64,000 bases of DNA from Octopus vulgaris (Eukaryota), in assembly GCA_951406725.2 (NCBI GenBank), contig OX597816.1:66898001-66962000 (forward strand), read 5' to 3'. The translations under genes were made by a program, and so were the position numbers. The notes beneath the pieces are model-generated. The model was given only the letters and a program-made list of their open reading frames with translations. It was not told where the DNA came from and did not search any database. Below, in pieces: positions 25,550 to 38,189 of the stretch (positions are counted from its first letter, which is position 1; each line of letters starts with the position of its first letter).

Positions 25550-26220
25550 TATCAGGTTGAGTAAAAATAAGCAATGTTTTGAACCATGAAGAATTTGTAC
25601 CGAATTTTTGCAGAGTTAGGAATTTTGAAAACATATTTTGCAAATTGTTTGATAATACAGACATAGACTTGTCCAAATGCATCAATAAATTAAAATTGAA
25701 ATCTTTTTCACCATTGTTACAATCATCTGAAATGGAACTGTCAAAGTATTCAAGTAATTTTGCGATTCAACTTCAAAAAAGGACGTAAAGCAGCTGAAAC
25801 TGCTCGCGATATCAACGAAACATTTGGTAAGGAAATGATTAGAGAGTAGTCAGCTAGAAAGTGGTTTAAACGATTTCGCAGTGGAGACCTTTGCCTTGAA
25901 GATCGTGAGCATAGTGGACGCCCATCTGTCATCGATGACGGTTGATTAAAGACCATCATTGGGAAAAATCCACATAAAACCACATGGGAACTGGCAAAAG
26001 AACTTCAAGTTAACTAGAAAACGTCCTGCAAGCATTTGCATGCAATCTGAAAACCAAAAAAGCTCGACAAATGGGTACCACACGATTTGAATGAAAATCA
26101 GAAAATGGGCAGATATGAAATTCGTTCATTGCTTCTTATCCGTAATCAAACCAATCCATTGCTCAAACGTATTGTAGCTTGCGCTGAAAAGTTTTTCGCA
26201 GTGGTTGGACCAAAACGAGA
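25550..26220 (+). mobile_element. Mariner transposon, truncated and inactivated
   Basis: TA + tcaggttgagtaaaa end; FKKGRKAAETARDINETFG...WFKRFRSGD..LED..SGRP...KKLDKWVPHDL...RIVACAEK, with several stops. Confidence 0.9.
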
Positions 26221-26369
26221 CACCAGAATATACTGGATGCTTTTACGCAGTACTGGCATGGGAGCTCTTACACAGATGCTTTTTACATAGCATCAGCATC
26301 CAGGAGTCCACAAGGTTAGGATCATTCATTTGAAGAGAGATGTAGGGGACATGCCTGTATGCAAGGACA

Positions 26370-27634
26370 GCCTTGATTTGGCCCTGCTTGATATGTAAGA
26401 AGAGTGTTAATAGAAACTCCATACGTTGTACCCAGTGCAAACTTTGGACACATAAGAGGTGTAATGATATCACAGGAAGGTTAATGGAGAAAATAGTCTT
26501 TGTGCATGGCAAATATGCAGGTACAATAAGCATTAAAAACCTCAAATGCTCAGAGGTATCATTAGAAGTTGAAGATAGCTTCTGTTACCTAGTGGACCAA
26601 GTCAGAAATGGAGGAAAAAGTTCTGAAAGTGTAGTTGCTAGAATAAGAAGGGGTTGGGCACAGTTCAGAGGCCTCTACCTTGTTGGTAACTAAGGGTCTC
26701 TATCTTAGAGTGAAAGGCAGGTTGTATGATGCCTGTTTATATACAGTATGTTACATAGCAGTGAAACATGGGCTGTGACAACAAAGGAATTGCAAAAGCT
26801 TGAAAGAAATGAAGCTAGCATTTCTTTAGCATAAAGGCGGCGAGCAGGCAGAAACGTTAGCACGCCGGGCGAAATGCTTAGCAGTATTTCGTCTGCCACT
26901 ACATTCTGAGTTCAAATTCCACCGAGATCAACTTTGCCTTTCATCCTTTCGGGGGTCGATTAAATAAATACCAGTTACGCACTGGGGTCGATATAATCGA
27001 CTTAATCCGTTTGTCTGTCCTTGTTTGCCTCCTCTGTGTGTAGCGCCTAGTGGGCAGTAAAGAAATAAGAAATGAAGCTAGCATGCTCTGGTGGATAGGT
27101 AGTATTAGTGTACATGCATGAGAGAGTGAAAAAGATTTAAGAGGAAAACTGGATATAAAAGTCATCAGATGTTGTGTGCAAGACAGAAGGCTGTGCTGGT
27201 TTGGTCTTGTGATGCATATGGATGAGGATACCTGTGTAAAGAAGTGCTGAGTTCTAACTGAAGAGGGAAGCTGTGGAAGGAATATACCCCGGAAGACATG
27301 AAGTGGAAATGACAAGGGACCAGGAGTTGTGATGATTTTGCTGTACTTGAAAAGATATGCCAAGCTAAATAAAATCACGTTCTTCCATATTTACTGGTCT
27401 GTACTTTGTAGGTGCTGGTAACACATGCAATGCACTTGTACTGGTACTGCATAAATGCACCCATGGCGGTGGTATGTAGAAAGCACCCAGCACAATATGT
27501 AAAGTGGTTGGCTCTAGGAAGGGCATCCAGTCATAGAAACCATGTCACAACAGACAATTGGAAGTTGGACAGCTCCTTGTTAAACTATCCAACACATGCC
27601 AGCATGGAAAACAGACATTAAACGATGATGATGA
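26370..27634 (+). mobile_element. Older RTE LINE remnant interrupted by a SINE
   Basis: [28 protein letters not shown]...; 3' end and (GAT)n at ~27480-27634. Confidence 0.85.
26833..27069 (+). mobile_element. SINE family B (tRNA-like head, Deu/Nin-like core) with 18-bp TSD
   Basis: aaggcggcgag...gagttcaaattcc...gcctttcatcctttcggggtcgat...aaagaaata; TSD aagaaatgaagctagcat. Confidence 0.9.
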
Positions 27635-27717
27635 TTATGGTGTGTGTGTGTATGTGAGGGTGTGTGCATGTGTGTGCGTGTGTGTGTGAGGGTGTGTGTA
27701 TGTGTGCATGCATGTAC

Positions 27718-27834
<117 letters not shown>

Positions 27835-27895
27835 TGAAGGTGGTTTATGTGCTTGTGTGCTTGTATGATATTATTTCTATGTTGTTCTTTTTCAG

Positions 27896-28007
27896 TGGGC
27901 TGAAAGGCCAATTTTGAAGACAAACGAACCTATAATTACATCAAAGATGACCATTGAAGTTTATACTGCAGTCCGGTGTAGTATGCGTTTTGAAATATTT
28001 GGAACTG
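27896..28007 (+). CDS. Exon 5 of membrane glycoprotein gene (WAERPILKTNEPIITSKMTIEVYTAVRCSMRFEIFGT)
   Basis: Acceptor ttctttttcAG, donor G|GTAACA; phase 0-1, open. PIIT...CSMRFEIFG resembles the C-terminal strands of F5/8 type C (discoidin) domains. Confidence 0.78.
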
Positions 28008-28538
28008 GTAACACTGAATTTCTTACATATTTGTTTTTCTGATTTACTTCATAAAATCTAAGTTATCTGCTAGTTGCTTGTATAGAGTGATATTTAGCTT
28101 GGCTGTTGGCTCCATAGTTTTGAGTGGAGAAAAAGGAAAGCAGTATTACTCACTTGGAAAGAATGCCTGTCCATAGCAGATGGCATTCCACAAAGATTTG
28201 ATGTAAGCTCCTTATGGTCTATTGAGCTGAACTTCATAGAATTAGATTTATTGATCAAATCCACTAAAACACACCTATTTACTTTTAGCTGTTAGTTACA
28301 GAAATTTTTTTTTTAATCTGCAAAACCAGTGATGGGCTATGTTAGCAGATATTATACAATAGATGCTGGCATCACTGTGTAGTAAGAAGTTTTGTTTCCC
28401 GACCCCATGGTTCAAGGTTCACTGCCACTGAATGGTACCTTGTGCAAGTCATCCACTATACCACATGCCAACCAAAGCCTTATGAGTGGATTTGGTAGAT
28501 GAAAACTGAAAGGGGTCCATCAGCTATATATATATATA

Positions 28539-28714
28539 TCTTATGATAAAAGGCAGATTTTCTCTGCCTGTTACCATGTTTCTTTTTAATACAATTGTAC
28601 AATATACAATTTCTTCAATTGGAATTTACCTTGATTTTTCGGAAGTAGATTCGATTGGGTCATGGCATATTTCCAGCAGGTCGAAACAAACCCGAGCAAC
28701 GCCGGTCGATACTG

Positions 28715-28719
<5 letters not shown>
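28539..28719 (+). mobile_element. Short Helitron-like element
   Basis: 3' end acaaacccgagcaacgccggtcgatactgctaa matches the 37418 Helitron end; candidate 5' TC at 28539. Confidence 0.5.
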
Positions 28720-28760
<41 letters not shown>

Positions 28761-28764
<4 letters not shown>

Positions 28765-28991
28765 AATATAATATGTGACATTCAGAGCCATGATAAAACT
28801 CTGAGTATTGGATGTCAGGGCGGAAACCCACGCCACCATCTCTTCAGTTATCAGGCCTGATGATAACTGAAGTGATGAGGGCGTGGGTTTCCACCCTGAC
28901 ATCCGAAACTTGGAATTTTTCATGGCTACTGAATAATTGTCACACATTATATTTACAGATGAATTCCTCTATTTACATAATATTGAGGTCT

Positions 28992-28992
<1 letters not shown>
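28761..28992 (+). mobile_element. Older fold-back element after (TA)n (imperfect palindrome 28761-28957)
   Basis: Centre tcaggcctga; diverged arms; the two arms together give CTGAAGA-gatg...catc-c-GAAA. Confidence 0.55.
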
Positions 28993-29292
<300 letters not shown>

Positions 29293-29310
29293 TACACATA
29301 TATATATATA

Positions 29311-29909
29311 TCGTCAGTAAATCAAAAATCCTAAAGAGAAGCACACTCTAAGTTATATAGCAGTAGAGTAATTAGATAGAGATAGTTATGGCCAGTCTAT
29401 AGGGTTACCCTGGATTTTATGTCCATAAAGCGCTCAACTTTACAGTGTTTCTGCAGACTCTAATGGCCAATGGCCTGTAACCTCTCTTGAGTGTGAAGGG
29501 AGAAAAGATCTTGTAGCTACTTATTGAATGCAGGGACAAAGGATTAAGGGTTAAGTGTAAGGGATTGTCTCCCTCAGACTGCTGTCGATAGTCAACATGG
29601 TTGGCTTGTGGGTTCCAGGACTTCAGTAGGAATCTCCAGAAGTGTAAGCAGGGTGAGAAGACCTCCATCCTGGAATTTCAGATGTTCCTTGGGTTGAGGG
29701 AGTTCTTTAATATTCTTGTCCATTCAGCTATGCACATCTTGCAACGCTTGCTCCCATTGATGTAGGAGCCTGGTTCTTCTAGGATCTTCCATGAGATTAT
29801 GTGTGGAGTCCCTTCGTCCTTCAGGTACCACACATGACTGGCCTAGGACGTGACGTATCGTCTCTCTGGGATTCTGTGCTTGAAGGTGTTTCCAGAACAT
29901 CCAGTATAT
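29311..29909 (-). mobile_element. Penelope-like element 3' end: GIY-YIG C-terminal remnant plus pLTR, abutting (TA)n
   Basis: Minus strand reads YTGCSGNTFKHR ... ASHVWYLKDEGTPHIISWKILEEPGSYINGSKRCKMCIAEWTRILKN ... RMEVFSPCLHFWRFLL (frameshifted), then CTGAGGG...GAAACACTGTA. Confidence 0.75.
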
Positions 29910-30135
29910 TTTTGTTGCTGCTGGTGATGCTGCTTCTGTTGATGCTGATGCTGCTATTTCTGCTGTTGCTGGTGTTGTTGGTGTTGGTGTAAGTAATGGA
30001 GTCATTAATGCTGGCATAGGGGACATCATCGATGGCGGTGTTGGTGCTGGCATTGTTGGTGCTTCTATAGCAATCGTTGTTGCTGTTGGAACTGGTATCA
30101 GCACTATACTTGTGGTAGCTGCTGTCTTCTTCTTG

Positions 30136-30600
30136 CAATCAGGACTCACGCCATTAGCCACAAAGAATTATCTCTAATTCGAGCCTACTCTAAGCTACTA
30201 AGAATGCATGTGGCAACTTGAAGATTCACCCATCACACACGATGCACAGGCATGAAAGCTACATTGCTATCCTCATTCCGTAAATGGTGGCTTTTAACGG
30301 GTGGAGAGCTGAACCATCCTGGGGTACAGAAGATTCGCAATCTAGACTAGGGTCCAAAAGTTTACCACACCATAGTGGGTTACTACACCATGGTTCCTCT
30401 GCTTTGTGACAGAAGTAGGAAGAAAGAGTGAGAGAAAGTTGTGGTGAAAGAGTACAGCGGGGTTTACCCCCGCTGGAGCCTCATGGAGCTTAGGTGTTTT
30501 TTTGCTCAATAAACACTCACAATGCCCGATCTGGGAATTGAAACCGCATTCTTACGACTACGAGTCCGCTGCCCTAACCACTGGGCCATTGCGCCTCCAC
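30136..30600 (-). mobile_element. SINE family C, tail type 3
   Basis: Same head; tail shared with 52234-52688. Confidence 0.85.
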
Positions 30601-30834
30601 AGCTGCTGTTGTTATTGTTATCATTATTAGCATTATTGTTAGCAATGATGCTGTTGCTATTACTGTTAGAGTTACTGCTGTTACCATCAATACTGCCATT
30701 TCTGCTACTGTAGTAGGGTGTCAATTATGAAGCTGAGATGGTATCTGAGGTGGTATTTATTTACGAAGCTGAGGTGGTAGCAGATGCTTTCCAAACTACT
30801 TATCAACATCACCACTCTCCTTTTCCGCTTCCTC

Positions 30835-31082
30835 TTTCTCTCCTCCTCCTCCTCCTTCTTTTCTTCCTCTTCCTCCTTATCACCACCACCACCACCACCA
30901 CCACCACCACCACCACCACCACCACCTTCTTCTTCTTCTTCTTCTTCTTCTTCTTCTTCTTCTTCTTCTTCTTCTTCTTCTTCTTCTTCTTCTTCTTCTT
31001 CTTCTTCTTCTTCTTCTTCTTCTTCTTCTTCTTCTTCTTCTTCTTCTTCTTCTTCTTCTTCTTCTTCTTCTTCTTCTTCTTC
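30835..31082. repeat. Compound (TCC)n(ACC)n(TTC)n microsatellite
   Basis: Direct reading; ends ~86 bp upstream of exon 6. Confidence 0.95.
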
Positions 31083-31168
31083 TCATTACCATCAGTGTCA
31101 GTTGCCATTGCAAGCAATGATGATATATAAGAGACGTTTTTGCTTATAGCTTATAATTTTTATTTCAG

Positions 31169-31255
31169 TTCCATTCAAATGTCACTTACACACTCCGAAC
31201 CTCTTTACTGAATTTACATTGTCATCATGTGAAGCAACAGACTCCTTATTATATT
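31169..31255 (+). CDS. Exon 6 of membrane glycoprotein gene (VPFKCHLHTPNLFTEFTLSSCEATDSLLY)
   Basis: Acceptor tttttatttcAG, donor T|GTAAGA; 87 nt, phase 1-1, open. Confidence 0.72.
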
Positions 31256-31557
31256 GTAAGAAAAATTAATTTTATCCTCTGATTTAAAATTACCTTATTC
31301 AACCTGCAAGAAATAGCAAGAAAATCTCCTGCAAATCAAATCCTATCCATCTTTAAAAGAAGGAAGAACATTTTGAATATTGTAATCTAAGATACACTAT
31401 TTCTAAAACAAAATGGAACCATTCTGAATGGGACCATTTTGTATGTTTTGATCATTTTATGATGGAATTCTGAATATAAAACCTGTCTTCTCTCATCAGG
31501 AAAAAAGTTGACATTTGAATCAGGAGTTACAGCCAATAGATATTATTAACAATTGAA

Positions 31558-31760
31558 AAGGTGGTGAGCTGGTAGAATCATTAATACACCAGGCAAAATG
31601 CTTAGCAGCATTTCATCTGTTTTTACATTCTGACTTTAAAGGCTGCCAGGTTGACTTTGCCTTTCATCCTTTCAGAGTTGTTAAACGAGTACCATTTGAG
31701 CACTGGGGCTGATGTAATTGATCTGAACTTGCTGGTCATGTGTCAAAATTTGAGATCAAT
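31558..31760 (+). mobile_element. SINE family B, old copy
   Basis: Diverged head and core match. Confidence 0.75.
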
Positions 31761-32520
31761 ATTAACAATTTAAAAACTGTTTTTAAAACCATAATTGTCT
31801 TTCGTTATTTCATCGACTCAGAAATTATTAGTAACTTCCTAAGCATTTGACAGATATTGCACTATAATTCTTGGTATATTTGAAGAAAATTCTTGCTCAT
31901 TCAGCAGAAGTCTAATAGAAAGTTTTATTACCACTCTTTTTGGTGTAGCTGATCTTCCAGATGACCAGAAGAAATATATTTCTAATGATTTTTAAATTGA
32001 CAATACTATCTATTGTTTGAAACTCCTGATAAAAGGACAAAAAAAAATGTCCTTATTTTTTTCCCAGGGCTTTGAATCAAAATGCACTGATCTGAAATTC
32101 ACTGCATGCATCCAATTCAATGTTACAATAATTCTTCCAGTTCAACATTCTTTATTTATTTATTGACTTTAGAATGATGAAAGCAAAGTTGAACTTAATA
32201 GGATTTGAACTCAGAGTGTAGAGAGTCAGAAAATTACTACAGAGCATTCAAAAACCCGGGAAAGGTTAACGTAACTTTGATTTGTAATGGAGAACTGTAA
32301 TGGATTGTATTACAGGATTTTAATGCAGAACTGAGATCACTAAAAACTTGAGTAGTGATTTTTCAACTAGAGAAAAGTTTACCTCCTAATGGTAAACACT
32401 TACATGACATGGAGATAAATATATCATACCCAAAGATTAAGTATTAATTCTGTAATAATATAATTGTTCCATCTCCACTGTACCTTAGGAATGAGAATCC
32501 AGGTTCGAAATTTCCCCAAG

Positions 32521-32564
32521 ACACCTGATGAAGGCTGGAGGGTATATCAGCCGAAATGTTGTGT
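32521..32564 (+). ncRNA. Minimal Penelope-type hammerhead motif
   Basis: acac-CTGATGA-a-ggctg(gagggtatat)cagcc-GAAA-tg-TT-gtgt; helix III is reduced to a decayed AACGTT-like palindrome (AATGTT). Confidence 0.72.
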
Positions 32565-32775
32565 TAACAACAAACAAGATGTTGGCAAATATCCATCAAA
32601 TGTAAATAATGTAAATAATATAAATAATGTACATAATTCCTCATCTCTTAAATATAGAATGGTAAAAGATGATGATGATGATATTAAAGGATGTTAAAGG
32701 ATGATGATTATGATGATATTAAACAAGGAAATCAGTATAAAACACTGGCAATCAATATTTTTCTTTTTAAAACAG

Positions 32776-33147
32776 GTTTTAAATATGGAAATACAACAGT
32801 ATCACCAACAATCACAACACAACCAATGAATACAACAAATACTACTACTGCTGTTGATACTACTACTGCTGTTGATACTAATACTGCTGTTAATACTACT
32901 ACTGCTACTACTGATGGTGATACTTCTACTACTACTACTATAACAAGCCCAATAACAACAACAACTATTGATACCAGTGTAACAAACGCAACACCAACAA
33001 CAGAAGCAACAATTGAAACAAGTACCGTAGCAGAAGGAACAGAAGAAGAAGGAGGAGAAGCAGAAGCTACATCACCAACAATAACAACATTTGAGGCAAA
33101 CATGACATCAACAATGATGACCGGATCATCAAATCCAGCAGAAAAGA
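32776..33147 (+). CDS. Exon 7 of membrane glycoprotein gene: Thr-rich mucin-like stalk (CFKYGNTTVSPTITT...SSNPAEK)
   Basis: Acceptor ttctttttaaaacAG, donor A|GTAAGT; 372 nt, phase 1-1; Thr/Glu-rich with three 18-nt TTAV(D/N)T repeats. Confidence 0.85.
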
Positions 33148-33215
33148 GTAAGTAATTTGACTGAATTTAAGATAATATTACAAAACTAGAAAAATAAAAT
33201 AATATTAGACAAATC

Positions 33216-33430
33216 ATTTAGTGTCTGTTTCCATGCTGGCATAGGTTAGACAGTTTGACTGGAACTGGTAAGATGGAGAGCTGTACCAGGCTCCAGTCTA
33301 ACTTTGGCTTGGTTTTTACAGCTGGATGGCCTTCCTAGTGTCAACCACTCCAAGAGTGTAATGAGTGCCCAGGTGCCTTTTACATGTCACCATCATACAT
33401 ACCTTTTATGTGTTACCATCATGGGTGCCT
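33216..33430 (-). mobile_element. Old RTE 3' end copy
   Basis: Diverged match to the same terminus. Confidence 0.7.
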
Positions 33431-33628
33431 AATAGTTAATAGTTAATAGTTAACAGATTTTCTTAGATAAGATAAGTCGTGAATTTCTTTTTAAAAAAAT
33501 ATTGTTGAATTTTGTTTGATTGTTATTGTAAAAATATTGATTTCTATATTGATTGTTATTTGTTAATTATAAGTTACGATACGTATATTAATTTACTTAT
33601 TATTATTATTGTTATTATTATTATTATT

Positions 33629-34182
33629 GAGTGAGAGAGCAGTGCATGCCATCAAAGTGACACTGGGGTAACATATACGAAGCCCAATATACCCATCATG
33701 ACTACCCGTCTGATAAAGGTACACCAGGCACATGCATCACAACCATATGTGCGCGCCATGGTGATCTCATATCAAGATAAACAGCACATGACCTTGCAGG
33801 TGGGGCCCAGTTAGAATTTTCTTCAGGTTGAGTAGCCCATCCCGCTCAAAAGGTCCCTGAATAAGGGTTGTTTAAGGATGTTGAAAGAACCACCCATGTT
33901 TCCAGAGGTGAATTATTCAAACCCCAAAGAATCCCTCTCAACTCATGGCTATGATGCTCCCCCACTACTTCTGCTCGTGATCAGAGATGCACATATTGTC
34001 AGCCACTAAGGGACATGCTCAACTGGTTAAGGTCAAACAACTGACAAGCAAATCTGTGGTATTGAGCAGAATATTTGCTGTAGCCCATCTTTTATACCAA
34101 GACAAAACAATGTACATGATAACACTTCCAATCAGTTAAGATCAGAAGCCATGAGAGCCACTGCCTGGTACTGCATCAGGGC

Positions 34183-34183
<1 letters not shown>
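33629..34183. mobile_element. Unclassified ~555-bp insertion flanked by (ATT)n on both sides
   Basis: Sharp composition change (higher GC); bounded by ATT repeats; adjacent to the R4-like fragment; no ORF. Confidence 0.5.
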
Positions 34184-34230
<47 letters not shown>

Positions 34231-34238
34231 CATTATTG

Positions 34239-34997
34239 TCTTTTTTTTCTTCTTCTTTCAAATTTGCTTCCATTTCTTGCCGAGTGTCTTCCCAACTCCT
34301 AGGGCAAAGAAACTCATAGTATACATTGGTAGGCCATTAAACTAAACTCACTAGTTCGTTCTTTTTTTTTTTTTTAAGTTAAATTAAAATACATGGGTAG
34401 TAATAGTTCTCACATCGACAATGCTCTTCTCAATACGTGTGATATACCAGTTAAGACAATCTTTTGCACTTCTTGCAGGGATGGTAAGCCAGGGATCATT
34501 CTCATATAATTTTCGGTTCCCTTCTTGATCATTCCTAGTGCTCCTATGATCACTGGTATTGTAACCACCTTGAGATGCCACATTTTCTCAATTTCAATGA
34601 GCAGGTCTTTATATTTTCTGAGCTTGTCAAACTCTTTCGCCGAGATATTATGATCACAGGGGATGCTCATGTCGATCAATAAGCAAACTTTATTGTTTTG
34701 GTCTTTCACAACAATATCCGGTTTATTGGCTTTGATGGTTCGATCTGTATGTACTGGAAAGTCCCACAGAATCGTTACATTTTCTCCTTCAGTTACAGCT
34801 TCAGGGTGGTGATTATACCACTTGTCGGCAGTTTTGATATTGTAATGCCAACTTATTAGCTAGTGTGGATATTGGCCAACTCTGTCATGTCTTAATTTAT
34901 ACTCCGCTGGTGCTAAGACTTTACATCCAGAGATTAGGTGGTCCACTGTTTCGATCATGTCGTTGCATTTTGGGTCTGCTCCATTTTTCATCACATT
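34239..34997 (-). mobile_element. R4/Dong-like non-LTR retrotransposon 3' fragment (Zn knuckle + restriction-like endonuclease)
   Basis: ETVDHLISGC..LAP.EY..RHD, ILWDFPVHTDRTIKANKPDIVV, LIDMSIP, KLRKYKDL, PVIIGALG; 3' end joined to (TAA)n. Confidence 0.88.
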
Positions 34998-35021
34998 CTT
35001 CTTCTTCTTCTTCTTATTATT

Positions 35022-35075
<54 letters not shown>

Positions 35076-35099
35076 ATCTTGTGAGCTATAATCTTAACA

Positions 35100-36250
35100 T
35101 ATTACATATAATTTACATTGTGAAATAGTTTTGTAAGACAAAATCTTATTGAATTGGTAGTAATTTTTTATTTGGTATGTAATATTGCATTTAAGTAAAT
35201 ATCTTTAATAATAATAGAAACTTTGGTTTATTCTAAAATGAGTGAAATATTAAATCTATACATAAATTGAATTAATTATATAATAAGTTTAACTAATTTG
35301 TGTGCATATATTTGAACCATCTTCTATTTTTTATTCTTGTAGTTATAGTTTGTTGTAGTACTATGTATATAAGTTGGCATGAAGTTTTTTAGTATAAATT
35401 ACATAATTAGAATAAGATTAAACTTAGATGCTTATTAAATAAATACATAAATTAATAATTTAATGGATATAGATTAAATGAAAGTATTTTAGCTTCACTT
35501 AATGTATATTATGTATTTTATATATATATTTTGTTTTAAATATTTTGTTTTAATTACTTGTATTTTAATTTTCCAGTAATGGTATACTATAGTTTGTTAT
35601 TTTTTTTTCTATAAGCTAAAATATATTTTAATAGATAAAATAAATATTTCTATCTATTTATTCTAGTTTTATTTACACCATATTTTTAACGAGATAAATT
35701 TATTATAAACACTAAGTCCTATGTATTAAGTTTAATGGTTTAGTTAACAGAATACATTCAATAAGATAATGCATGTTTTTATTTTAAGATATATTGTTAA
35801 ATTTTGTTTGTTTTTTATTGTAAAATTATTTATTTTTATATATATTTATTTATATATATATATTTATATTTTCTTATAAGATAATATAGTACATTTATTT
35901 AATTATTTTATTGTTTTTATCTTAGACCTGATGAGTGACTATACTTAAATTGAATTGATTTTATTGTTATCAATTTGAAAATATAACCATGAAACACGTG
36001 TAGTCTATTTACTAATTATATACTATTTATTTATTATTTCGTATTTTATTTAGTTCTAGGTAAATGTTTTATTGTATCTTTAATTTTTTTGTATATGGTA
36101 TGATTTAAGTATATTATTGTTGAATTGCTACATGGTGGTTCTTCTCTAATTTATATACACGTATTATATATTGTGAAATTTGATTTAGTATTACTAAATT
36201 GAATTTTTCCCTGTAAGTTTGGAATCATATTCCCTAATATTAATATTATA
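35100..36250 (+). mobile_element. Very AT-rich Penelope-like 3' segment carrying a hammerhead, ending at (TA)n
   Basis: Hammerhead at 35923-36007; terminal tail shared with the 9592 element; 5' boundary approximate. Confidence 0.55.
35923..36007 (+). ncRNA. Type-I hammerhead ribozyme motif with extended helix II
   Basis: tagac-CTGATGA-gtg...cat-GAAA-cacgt-GTA-gtcta; helix I tagac/gtcta; palindromic helix III ACACGTGT. Confidence 0.8.
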
Positions 36251-36362
36251 TATATATATAATGTATATATATACATATATATATATATATATAATGTGTA
36301 TATATATATAATATGTATATATATATAATGTGTGTATATATATATATATATGTATATATATA

Positions 36363-36422
<60 letters not shown>

Positions 36423-37020
36423 CACATACATACTACGCATATATTTATATGTACACATACGTACTTACATACACACACACATACACACACTCACAGAGAG
36501 AGAGAGAGAGAGAGAGAGAGTGAGATAAATATCTAGTTATATGTGGATACATGCACATGCACACATATATAGGAAGTGCTGATAAATTATTGCTTATATA
36601 GAAAAGGCTTTCATATAGTTCAACTTCAGAAGATGGTAGAAGAAATTTATTTGCTGAAGGAGTTACACACAAGAATTGCATATCAAACCATACAGTTGTA
36701 CAGACATACCTATACTTAGGGTTGTGGATTTGCATAAATCAGTAGAGCTGCTGACAAAATCACTTGCCATAATTCATCTCATCCGTGTATGTTCTGAGTT
36801 CAAATGCAGCTGGTGTCAGCTTTACCATTGATCCTTACAAAGCTGCTAATATAAAGTAGAAATGAAATACTGGATGTTGATGTAATGTTTTACACCAGAG
36901 CTTCTCAACATGGATAGTTACTGTCTCCAAGGTAGCACTGGGCATATTGAAGAGGTGTTAGGCTTTAGGGAGCAGTGAGTGAAGCATAATTACAAGGCAA
37001 AATTTTACCTATAGTAGTAA

Positions 37021-37418
37021 TCTATATATATAAAAGTGAGGTTGTGTGGTGTCTGTCTCCTACAATTTAGATTCCTAACTACTCCCACATTTTGCGGTGC
37101 AGTGTAACCAAAAGCGGGTATCTTATAGTTGTGATTCATATCAAGCCCTTCTGAGTATTAGCGCATGTCTACGATGAGTCTACGATTTAAAAAAAAATTT
37201 ACCATAATTTTTTCCCATTTTTAATGCATTTTTTTGCTATTATATAAGGGAAGTAACTCTCTAAAAATGTATTATTAAATCTCAGAACGTAAAAAGCTAC
37301 AGTAACACCCCACTTTGTGGTTAGCCATATTGAGATGGCTATTATACTTTACATCTCTAAAAATGCTTATATAGTTATTTCCCTTACAAACCCAAGCAAC
37401 ACTGGGCGATACTGCTAG
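37021..37418 (+). mobile_element. Non-autonomous Helitron
   Basis: 5' TCTATATATATAAAA; 3' hairpin ccca..tggg followed by CTAG; inserted between A and T with no TSD. Confidence 0.8.
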
Positions 37419-37709
37419 TTATATTATACAGGATAAAACAAGTAATGCTTATTAAAATGGTTATCAAAATAAAATGAAATCTCATCAGGCACAGGGAAGT
37501 CATTAACTTGCAAGGCATAAAGTAAATTTACAACTTTCGTCTCTATTAATTTTTTTATCATTTCACTGTTAAAAGCTTATACAATCCATTTTTAGAGTAA
37601 AAGTTATAAATTATCATCCATGTTAAGTTAGTTTAGTCATGATACCTCACTCACCACTTAGATGGACGCTAGACATAACTGCTCAAATATATGGAGGCTA
37701 CAAAAAAAG

Positions 37710-38116
37710 GTTAGAAGTGGCTGCGTGATAAGTAGCTTGCTTACCAACCACATGGTTCCAGGTTCAGTCTCACTGCATGATACCTTGTGCAAGTGTCTTC
37801 TACTATAGCCTCAGGCCGACCAAAGCCTTGTGCATGGATTTGGTAGATGGAAACTGAAAGAAGCCCGTCGTATATATGTATATACATATATGTATGTGTG
37901 TGTGTATATGTTTGTGTTTGTCCCCCCCCAACATCGCTTGACAACTGATGCTGGTGTGCTTACGTCCCTGTAGCTTAGTGGTTCGGCAAAAGAAACTGAT
38001 AGAATAAGTACTAGGCTTACAAAGAATAAGTCCTGGGGTCGATTTCCTCGACTAAAGGCGGTGTTCTAGCATGGCCGCTGTCAAATGACTGAAACAAGTA
38101 AAAGAGTAAAAGAGTA
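37710..38116 (+). mobile_element. SINE family A
   Basis: Full-length match; ends ~75 bp upstream of the last exon. Confidence 0.9.
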
Positions 38117-38189
38117 ACCACTGATCTACACTACACCCTCAAAATTTGTAACTGTGTTCCAGTTTCAGAAATCTATATTCTATTTACAG

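Noticed and set aside
29724-30161. Thr/Pro/Ala-rich 145-aa ORF
   Set aside because: It spans a SINE tail, degenerate trinucleotide repeats and an out-of-frame PLE remnant; no splice support.
30738-31149. Poly-F/S/K/R ORFs
   Set aside because: (ACC)n(TTC)n microsatellite.
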